Origin: Sarea resinae
Lineage: Eukaryota
Assembly (NCBI GenBank): GCA_026026165.1
Contig: JAPEUD010000121.1
Span: 1 to 33,320, forward strand
Direction of reading: 5' to 3'
Length of the DNA stretch: 33,320 nt
Position numbers and translations under genes: made by a program. The number at the start of each line of letters is the position of its first letter. Positions within the stretch are counted from its first letter, which is position 1. This document shows positions 1-8,937 of this stretch, piece by piece. Under the pieces are notes generated by a model. The model saw only the letters and a program-made list of their open reading frames with translations, was not told where the DNA came from and made no database searches.

Positions 1-642
1 GAAAGCACTCAGGAGTCAGCCAAGGGCTCGGCTCCCCGGAGGGGATGCATGAGTGAGGTGTCCTCAATCGTTGCCGCTTTTTCCTTTTTCCTCCCCTTTT
101 GTTTCGTTTGTTGTTTTTTTTTTTTTTGTTTTCGCCGTTACAAGACTTCCGCGTTGCTCGGATGTTTTGTCCGGGTGTTTGCTTCTGTCTCTTGTTTTCT
201 TTTGGGCGTTTGGAACATTTGGTGCATTGTGGTGTGTATGGTACTTCCAATCCCACGTGCTGTTCGTTCGTTCATTGATTGAAATCTGTATAGCTAAATC
301 AAGTATTTCCATCATTCGACTTCTTTTCCAAAGTCTCTGGCCCCGTGCCTGTCAATCATTGAACCCAGCTCGATCAAACATCTAATACGTACCTATCTAT
401 CTAGCACCGTGCTAAGAGTTTAGGGTCAGTCGTCCTTATTGCACGACTAAGCCTCCTACTGATTTTGTATCTGTATGATATGAAACTACTACTACAATGA
501 CAAATGACATTAGACTTGTTTTGATATCTGAAGACCTAGGTATACTGGTGTTATACTTTGTAGGTATCTTGCTTTTTCTCTCTTTCCTTTTCTTTTTAGT
601 GAATTTTAGTCTTTCTATCTTTTCTTCTTTTTCTTCTTCTTT

Positions 643-682
643 TTCTTCTTCTTCTTCTTCTTCTTCTTCTTCTTCTTCTTCT

Positions 683-705
<23 letters not shown>
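643..705. repeat. (TTC)21 microsatellite
   Basis: Perfect TTC run read directly; it produces the spurious poly-Ser ORF 497..736. Confidence 0.95.
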
Positions 706-712
<7 letters not shown>

Positions 713-713
<1 letters not shown>

Positions 714-830
714 ATAAGGTGTGTTACGCTATATAGTAAGCAAATAGGCATAGCCTAGACAAGCTAGGTTATAGTAGTCTTTTTAGATAGCTTATATAGG
801 AACAGGTTTGTCTATTTACTAGTCCTTACA
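713..830. mobile_element. Solo-LTR-like element, copy 1 (118 bp, heavily RIP-mutated)
   Basis: TATAAGG...CCTTACA aligns end-to-end with 6652-6765. Flanked by CTTCT at 708-712 and 831-835 (5-bp TSD, although it lies within a TTC tract). Confidence 0.8.
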
Positions 831-1683
831 CTTCTTCCTTATAATAAGTAAGTAAGTAAGTAAGTATATAATAGGTAAGATATAGTAGGTAAGATATACT
901 AAGTAAGACTATAAAAAGTAACAAGTAAGAAAGAGTAGGTAAGAAGTAGTAAAGAGAATAAGATAACTAAGGAATAAATTACTAAGTCTCTAAGAGAAGT
1001 AGAGTAAAAAGAGTAATACTAACTCTCTAGTCTAGTATAGTTAGCTAAAGCCTTATATTATCTGATTCTAGTAAAGTACTTTATACTCTTCTTAGAGCTA
1101 CTACTACTTAACACTTAGTACCTATTAGAGTAGTTAGATAGAACCTTTATAATAAGTGTTACTCTAGAGCTCTACTAGATAGTTTCTAATAACTAAAGTA
1201 AGACTATAGAGATTATTAGCTCTTCTTCTTCTTCTTTTTCTCTTAAGACTATAATGTAGTAGAATCAACTAATAAATTTTTACAAGTGTTAAATCCTATC
1301 TCTTACTTATAATATTCTAGGTTAGTAAGAGCTAAACACTTAGATATATAGAAAAAGTTAATATTTATTCTTACTAGCTCTTATAATTAGCGTCTAAAGA
1401 GAGACCTTATTAGACTCTACATTATTAATTTAGAAAATGTTTTTAATAGAAAAGTGTTATATATTACTAAGTCTTATATTACTAATAAGAGAGTAGAAAG
1501 CTAGCTAGAATAGTCGCTCCTTTCTACTATAGAAAGATATTAATTAAAAATATAGGAAATAATTCGCCTTATTTACCTAGAGATAAGTAATTAGAAAGGT
1601 GTGATAATATTAGCAGAACTTAAGAAAAAGTAGAAAAGTAAGACTAAGAAAGTGCAATGAAAAAAAGCAATACTAATAAAGCA

Positions 1684-1753
1684 TATCTAATATAACCTAT
1701 CTAATATAACCTATCTAATATAGCATGTCTGAAATAGCCCGTCCGATATTATA
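1684..1753. repeat. Five-unit 14-bp tandem array, possibly subterminal repeats of a DNA transposon
   Basis: Units: TATCTAATATAACC, TATCTAATATAACC, TATCTAATATAGCA, TGTCTGAAATAGCC, CGTCCGATATTATA. Confidence 0.75.
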
Positions 1754-2063
1754 TCTGAATCCAGAAATCACGAAATTTGCATTTACTCACGAATACAGCA
1801 TTTATAGATAGATGCATCGTAATAGAATAACGCATTTATCTATAAATACTAATTTACTCGCTGACACCAAATGAGGTTGTCCTCAACTATTATTGACGCC
1901 GCCTCATAAATGAATGACTTTAATTTATTTTCTAACTCTAATAACATAATGAATGCAATGCAACATGACTTCTAGACCCGACTTCTAGTGACACTCTTTT
2001 GTCTGCTAGCACCCGCCAATTTTCCCCAAAGTATTCTCTGCTCGGAGTTCAGCCGATCCAATC

Positions 2064-3925
2064 TTAGCCTCCGCCCGCAATCGCTATCTTTTCTCCCCCT
2101 TTCGGGAATAGCTTTCCCTTGTTCATTAGTAGCCCACAAATCACTGTGATTGCGCTTGTCGAAAAACTGAGAATATAGACTCGACTCATCGCTTCCGTAA
2201 TACCAGTAATGGCTTCTTTCTGCAAAGAGGGGCTCAGCGACTTTAAAAGTGTGCTTTGAGTACCAGCAATGGCGCCCCGTATCTCTGTTTCAGAGAACCC
2301 GAGACCACTCAATACACGATTCAGATTCTGGACCGAAAGGCTTTGGAAGATCTGGCCACCCATGAGCAAGCTGATTGTCTGAAATCCAAGTTGAGAAAGG
2401 TTTTGCATGGAGATAGCGCGTTGGACATCCAGGGTGGAGCCAGTTTCCTTCATGATCGTGACACCCGAGATTGTGAACCCGAGATTACTACACAGGCCAG
2501 TGCCAGCTCCAAGAAGGATACTGTAGCCATAGACGTTTGCAATAGCCGTGTTGGCATCGACAGTGTACATGGTTGCACCACCAATTGTCATGAGAATGCC
2601 ACTTGTTGTGTATAACACCCATCTAAGCCAGTTAGTTTGCAAAAATTGCAAAACAAGAATAAGCACTCACGGATAGTTGATCTTTGGAAGAAGAAATCCC
2701 GAGCACATATTGGTCGATGCTAGAAAGCAAATAAAAGGCAGCAGCCGAACAGCCGCTTGGATTGATGTGTCTCCATGCGTAAAGACGAAATAGAGGGGAA
2801 GGTAGTAAACTGGTACATAGATATTGGTGGCGGCCATAGCAGTGCAAATTACCAGTAATATCTGTGTCTTGTTGATGAGAATGTGCGTCGGCGGAAACAT
2901 GCGTGTTTCTATAGTGGTGAATAGAACCAAATACTGCTGTAGGAAAGTCATGATGACAAGTACGCCACTAACGACAAACAAGGCAATTGTGCGATTATCA
3001 TCCCAACGCCATGCTGAGCCTGCGAATGTGAAGACCATGACGAGTGCTACCATTGCTGCGGTGAAGAGGAAGAAGCCAAGCCAGTCAAGAGCTTTGACCT
3101 TGCCGAAGGTCGAGGTCTCCGAGGGACCTGAAGCTACCTTGACTGACGGGAGATAGAATATGTATACTGGTGCACACCCACCTGCAATGACACTAAACCC
3201 TCAGCAAAAAGCACGGCGGATTTGTGTCATGATTTACTCACAGATTGATATAAAAGGCCCAACGCCATGTTGCAGAGGAAGAAGAGAAGGCCCCTCCAAC
3301 GACTGGGCCAAGAACCGCGCCCACTCCCCACGTTACCCCAATGAGAGAGATATATTTCCCTCGTTCTTGATCAGTCGTGAGAACGGAAAGAAAGTTTAGG
3401 ATCCTGGCATATGTAAGAGCATTTCCTTCCGCTTGAGCAAATAAACTTACCCCATGAAAATGCCAGTTCCACCAACGCCGGCAATGACTCGACCGACAAT
3501 GAGAGCATTCATGTTAGGTGCGGCGCCACACAGCGCAGAAGCGGCCTCAAAAATCAAGATGCTCAAGATGAAAATAGGCTTGAAGTTAAAGATGGCGTAA
3601 AAACCGGCTCTTTGGAAGATGAATTAGCTGATTGACCGCTCCACCATATATATACACATATTCCAACTCACGAAGGTAATATGAAACACAAAGAGCCCAG
3701 AGGGAAACCGGTACCGATCCAGGTTAGACTTCCAACATCATGAAATTGGTCGATAATCGAGGATTGTATGTCTGCAGCAATTGTGCCATCAAGGGCGTAT
3801 ACAAACACTGCAACGTAAAGAGATATTGCGGCGAGAAACCATCTGAATCCGTGTACACTTCTTGGACCGGATTGGGCGTTGACTTCTTGAGCGGCATTTT
3901 CAGGGTCGACTTGGTGAGAATTCAT
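2064..3925 (-). CDS. MFS drug:H+ antiporter (DHA2/14-TM fungal efflux pump), 551 aa
   Basis: Exons 3925-3672, 3609-3451, 3403-3242, 3192-2671, 2622-2064 (1656 nt, in frame, all introns GT-AG). Family motifs: [81 protein letters not shown]. Confidence 0.95.
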
Positions 3926-4133
3926 GGTATGATCGAGAATAACATACTGAAACAGAAATCCAAGAAATCCATCTCGAAAGAAAAGCTGAAGTATATGGTG
4001 CATGGAGAAAGGGCGAGTTCGGATGAGCACCATTTTGGCCGAACCATTTTGGCCGAACACTACCATTTTGGCCGAACAAAAGAAACAAAAAACCCGATGA
4101 ATCCTTACCAAATGGACTACCAGCAAACGCAGG
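3926..4133. promoter_or_regulatory. Short bidirectional promoter shared by the MFS and TF genes, with three 14-bp direct repeats ACCATTTTGGCCGA
   Basis: Divergent ATGs at 3925 (-) and 4134 (+); repeats at 4029-4042, 4043-4056 and 4062-4075. Confidence 0.7.
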
Positions 4134-5778
4134 ATGCAATCAATGATGGATTCCACCTCTCCCGGGCCGGTGCGGCTCTGCAGCATCTGTCGAAAGCCCT
4201 TCTTGAAAGGTGCAGAGGCTTCGTACAATCGACATGTTCTCTACTGTCGTCGAACCCACAATCGTCCCCGGACTCGGACCAGGTCATGCCGGCCGTGCAG
4301 CATCGCCAAATTGAAGTGCGACCTTCAGTTTCCATCATGTTCACGATGCGCGACTAAGAGTCTCGAATGTGCCTATGGCTCCTCTGCGCCTGCTGCAAAT
4401 ACCACGCCCACGGGTCGGACGGCTACTGAGCAAAGCACAGCAACCATGCCGCCGGCCTTCTCCCCGGCCTTCTCAATGACCAGTCCCGACATTTCTCCCC
4501 CAGGGAATGATTTGGCTCAGTCCGGAGGTCCAACAGACACGGAAGATTCGCAAATCGGAACAGACTGGGACTGTTTGCATTTTTCTCCTAGTGGCAAGCG
4601 CGTGGGAAGTTCGAAAAATGCCGTGCCTGGAATTGGTGAAGAGACAGCTTGTGCTGGCCTTGACGACAGTGTGAATCCTGACCATCTCTTGCTCACCACA
4701 CTTCCCTGGTCTGCTGATCCGCCCCCAGATGAATGTTTGACTTCATTTTCCGGACTTACAACTCTTTGTGAGCAACCCGATCCAGACGTTCGAGCTCGAG
4801 TTCCGATGGTGGATCCCGTTTCGAATTTCACCGCCAATATCATTATGCAGATGCTATGTGCTTTCCCACAGATGATGCTTCGCAGAGAAACACTCCCTCC
4901 TTTCATACATGGGCATTGGTACCGTGCCTCAACCGCTACAGAACCCGCCCTTCCGAAACCACTAGTCAACTGCACCAGCATCGCACAAGTCTTTGCTTCT
5001 CCGAATCTCGAATGCAAGCCATTCTTGTGGAACTCAATCAAGACCGAGCTACAGGTTGCGAACGAGCAGGTTATGTCACCCGTATTGCTGTTACTGCAAA
5101 GTGGAAAAACTAATTGTGCACAGACAACTCAGCGCGAGTTCTTGAGGGAAGACCTTCTCGCGGCTATACAAGCTCAGCTGATATATATGATGATGCGAGT
5201 GATTGATGATTCCAACCGCAAAGCGGACCTGAATCTGGATACTTATCAGGTATCATCTCTTGTTTCTGCCAAGTGGACTGCAACTAAATCGCATAGAACC
5301 TCTGCGAAAGTTTCAAAGATTGGTGCAGCCAGCCATTTTGCCAGGACGAGAGATTGTACCCGAGTCACACCTGGGAAGACTGGATCTTTGCCGAATCTCG
5401 AAGAAGGTAATTCCATGTCGGCTTCTTTCAACATCTGCTCACTCATCGCAACACAGGACAGTATTAGTATGGGTCCTGATCGCTCAAATTGTCTCCATCA
5501 AGATTGGTGTATCATGCCATATATGCGAAAACTACCGAGGAATACCACTTCCATGCCCAAAGGGACTTTGGGAAGCGAGAACGCGCTCGCGCTGGCAAAC
5601 CGAAAATGACGTCTACAAGACAATGCCGCGGGGAGGACTCGAAAGCTTCGGAGACCTTATCGACGCGTGTAGGCACAGTGGGATCAAGTCAAACCAGCTA
5701 AAATTGAACGCTTGGAACACGACAGTTGACAACCTTGGCATGTTGTTGGGTTTAGGCGCGGCGATCCTGGGCTTTTAG
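4134..5778 (+). CDS. Fungal Zn(II)2Cys6 transcription factor with an N-terminal C2HC-type zinc finger, about 497 aa
   Basis: Exons 4134-5069, 5124-5249, 5297-5406, 5457-5778 (introns of 54, 47 and 50 nt, GT-AG). Zn cluster CRPCSIAKLKCDLQFPSCSRCATKSLEC at 4287-4370. Spliced C-terminus contains TLPPFIH, WEDWIFAESRRRT and PLPCPKGLWEA. The start could also be ATG 4143 or 4146. Confidence 0.92.
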
Positions 5779-6164
5779 TCTCGCGGAGATCATTTCCGTA
5801 CTAAGGTAAACAGATTCGCTAGCTAATAAATAAACTCGGTTCTTCCAGAGAGGAAATCCAAGAGTCCAACGTAACTTCGTACGGCCAGAATCGATCCGCC
5901 CGCTTTCCTCGATCGAGAATGCCACAGTTTATCATCTCGGGTTTTGAGGTTTTCGGGCTTCGAGGCCACCCTGCGTCGAGTCGTGTCGTGTCATGTCGAA
6001 CCTGCCAAACTGGATCGACGGGAATGCTTGCATTGCCTACCTTACCTAGGTAGGAGGAGACAGACTACCTGGCACACGGCGAGGACCTTCTCACGGGGGT
6101 TTGTCACCCCTGCTGACCGACCCTGCCTCGCCTTTGCCTTTGCCTCGCGCCAGGCACTGGCTTA

Positions 6165-6520
6165 CCTTACTCTAGGCCTAGAGTATCGACAGCTACCTAC
6201 TCTACCTTTACTAGCCTCTACTAGCCTTAGCTACACCTTATAAGATCTAGGTAGTTATTAAAAGTAGTGCGCCTCTAGCCCTAGATTCAACCTACTTTAC
6301 CTAGTATCTATTAGAGATTCCAATCTTTATTTACAGAGTAAGTATCTAAACTACTTATAGCACCTCTCTCTCTCTCTCTCTCCTCTCTTATAAAACACCA
6401 CTTAAAACAATACAGAGAAGAAGAAGAAGATACTAAGAAAGAAAGAAAGATACTAAGAAAGAAATAAAGAAAAAAAAGAAAAAAGTGTTTTACACCAAGG
6501 GCTAGGCTAGCCAATCAAAA
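6165..6520. repeat. RIP-like AT-rich degraded segment with (CT)n and GAA-rich tracts
   Basis: Abrupt change to TpA/CTAG-rich, CpG-poor sequence; no credible ORF. Boundaries are approximate. Confidence 0.7.
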
Positions 6521-6651
6521 TGTCGATTCCATCTATTGATTGCCGCTCTTTTTTCAATTCACAGAGGGTTAGTTGGTTTTCTCTCTATCGCTCCTAATAA
6601 ATTTGGTTTAGAAAGAAACAAAGGGTATCAATCAATCAATCAATATATTTC

Positions 6652-6765
6652 TGTGAGGTGCGCTGCACTATATAGTAGGCAAATAGGCATAGCCCGGACG
6701 AGCCGGGTTACAGTAGTCTTTTTGGCGCACGTGGGAACAGGTTTGCCTATTTACTAGTCCTTACA
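6652..6765. mobile_element. Solo-LTR-like element, copy 2 (114 bp, little mutated)
   Basis: TGTGAGG...CCTTACA (TG...CA ends, imperfect 7-bp terminal inverted repeat), with an exact 5-bp TSD ATTTC at 6647-6651 and 6766-6770; homologous to 713-830. Confidence 0.85.
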
Positions 6766-6912
6766 ATTTCATTCTAGTTTAAAGCTATTATCAATAGAAA
6801 ACCACAGAGTTGAAAATTTCGGCTCAAAGAGACATGTCGACAGGAATCAAGGTACTGCTCTAGCTAGATAGTCAACTACTATATGATTACGTCTTAGAAC
6901 ATTGGGATCTCC

Positions 6913-6941
6913 TTGTTGTTGTTGTTGTTGTTGTTGTTGTT
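6913..6941. repeat. (TTG)9 microsatellite
   Basis: Read directly. Confidence 0.95.
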
Positions 6942-7436
6942 TTACATACGTCAAATCGATAGCTCAATAGCCAAGCAGGGAATCGTTTAGGCCTTTGACG
7001 AGGCACGCTATGTACAAGGTGAACAGACGGACACAGACATACAGACAGGCAAACGGCATCAATAGGGTGTGGAGAGGAATTGATTGGGAATGGGCTCTAG
7101 CGCTTTCAGCAAAACTTTCTAAAAAACACTTTCTTCCAACCCTTTTCCCTTCCCTTCCCTTCCTTTCCTTTCCTTTCCTTCCCTTGCCTTCCCTTCTGCC
7201 AGATATAAACAAAGAAGCAACGCCGCGCTGTTCATGCCTTATGCTCATGCTCATGCTCATGCTCGTGTAGAAAGAAAAAACAATCAAACGTATCGCATCC
7301 CGTTCTTTCAAAAACAGGAGGCGATAGAAAGAGAACCGAATCAATCTAGCAAGATTAAAACATGAAACGTTGGTAAGTTGGGAGAGGCTGGTCTTAGCCG
7401 AGCCGAAGAATCGAAAGATACATCGAATCAAATTAT

Positions 7437-8937
7437 TCACAGCCACCACATGAAGCACAGCATCACGGTGGCAAGTCCGACGCTCATACCCGCAATCTCC
7501 TTTCCGCCAGAGGCAGATCCCTTCTTCGTGGCCGTCTTCGAAGGTGCCGTACCCGTACTCGTGCCCGTAGCTTTAGGCGCCGTGGACGAAGTCGAGGATG
7601 AAGCCTGATACGCCTGGCCCAGCGTGGGAAGCGGTGTGTTACCGTTGACCTCCCACACACCCGCCGTAGAAGCAGGACAGGCCGGAGGCGAATTCGTAGG
7701 CGAGTATGCGGACATTGGGGTGCCAGTAGGGGTCAATGTCGACCATTGGCTCTGCAAATTGGCAAAGTCTGGGCTGACGGGGGTCGGCGTGCCAGAACGA
7801 ACGTAGCCGTCGGGGGCGCCACTAGCTGTCGCCGCCTCTTTGGGGGCGTAGCTGATCAGACCGTAGTTGTTTTCCTCTTCAAGCCACTCGTATACAATGG
7901 CGCCAGACCATATCTGGTTCATGTCATCGCCAAAGATGGCCGACTGATCGTCAAAAGTCCTAGGAGGATTGGTGTTGCAGCCAGTCTCGGAGAAGAAGAT
8001 GGGGATATCATAGTCGGTGGCGTTGGTACTCAATTGGCTGTAACCCGACGTGACGTACGAGGAATCTCCGCACCATTCATACGCATTGAGGGAGAAGAAG
8101 TCCACCGTCTCCGAAGAGTTGGTGCCACATGCAAGGTAGTTCTGGAGCATGGGTCGGAGGGATGCAATGTCCGCTGTGCCAAGAATCAGCTAGAAACATG
8201 TGGCAATTGGGAAACAAGCATACCAGCAGAGTATCCGACAGGGATATCACGGTACTTCTTCGAGGCTCTGTAGGCCTTGATATCACGAGCGGCAGCCTTC
8301 ACGTACGGAGCGGCGACGGATCCGTTCCCTGAGATCTCGTAAGCTTTCACCCAGACCATGAACCAGACAGAAGCACATACCGACGGTGAGAACTTCGTTG
8401 CCCACGAGGACACCAGCAGTGTTATCGTATTTCTGGAACTCATCGAGGACCTGCTCGAAGGCAGTCAATTGGGTGGTGTTCCAGGCCGGGTCGTCCTGCG
8501 AATCCACAAGTCAGCTTGGTCTCGAACTGATTGATAGGCCTCCTACCTCGGAGATAGCCGTATCGAAGGTATCTAGATCGACGAAGAGGTAGATTCCATT
8601 GTTTGCAAATGCACTCATGCAAGCCTTATGGTCTTGCGTAGGATCGACGTGATAGACACGGATGGTGTTGGCTCCCAATGTCTTCATGAGAGAAGCGTCG
8701 AGATTACATTGGGTCTCATCGACCAAGGGATCTTGGTCCGTGAGCTGATAAGCAACACCTGCATCGCGCGTCAGTAGGTTTGGAGAGGAGCATGAAAGAA
8801 AGCCGACCTTTGATGTAGAATTGATTGCCATCGGAGTCGAAGAACTTGGAGCCCTTGATCGAGAGCTGGGAGATGGCGTTGACGGAAGTGACAGCAAGGC
8901 CAGCCACCACGGCGGTGGACAACAGACGGCCGAACAT
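7437..8937 (-). CDS. GH72 1,3-beta-glucanosyltransferase (Gas/Gel family, no X8/CBM43 domain, Gel2-like), GPI-anchored, 432 aa
   Basis: Exons 8937-8808, 8758-8547, 8495-8381, 8328-8224, 8173-7437 (1299 nt, in frame). Signal peptide; motifs QFYIKGVAYQ, LGANTIRVY, GNEV (acid/base), IPVGYSAAD, NAYEWCG, PIFFSETGCN (nucleophile), WSGAIVYEW; Ser/Thr tail and hydrophobic C-terminus. Confidence 0.97.

Larger units (their letters stand above)
385..1960. mobile_element. AT-rich RIP-degraded repeat/transposon relic (family not identifiable)
   Basis: Very AT-rich, with a strong excess of TpA/TAG/TAA and almost no CpG; CpA/TpG also depleted; no long ORF. Contains a solo-LTR-like insertion, a 14-bp tandem array and a hairpin. 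Boundaries are approximate. Confidence 0.85.

Noticed and set aside
49..736. Hydrophobic and poly-Ser ORFs
   Set aside because: Products of poly-T and (TTC)n tracts.
1262..1660. Possible RIP-destroyed reading frame (faint Ulp1-like feel)
   Set aside because: Nine internal TAA/TAG stops and no intact diagnostic motif; cannot be assigned without a de-RIPed consensus.
4029..4077. CRISPR-like array
   Set aside because: Eukaryotic DNA, 14-bp units, no spacers and no cas genes.
3740..4357. 205-aa + strand ORF spanning the promoter, and the upstream extension of ORF 3668..4228
   Set aside because: Overlap the well-supported MFS and TF genes; no motifs.
6590..6645. AATAAA plus (ATCA)n as a LINE 3' tail
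   Set aside because: No RT remnant recognisable upstream; could be a simple microsatellite.
713..6765. A single 6-kb LTR element that captured the MFS and TF genes
   Set aside because: Each repeat has its own matching TSD and the outer flanks differ (CTTCT vs ATTTC), indicating independent insertions; no gag/pol.
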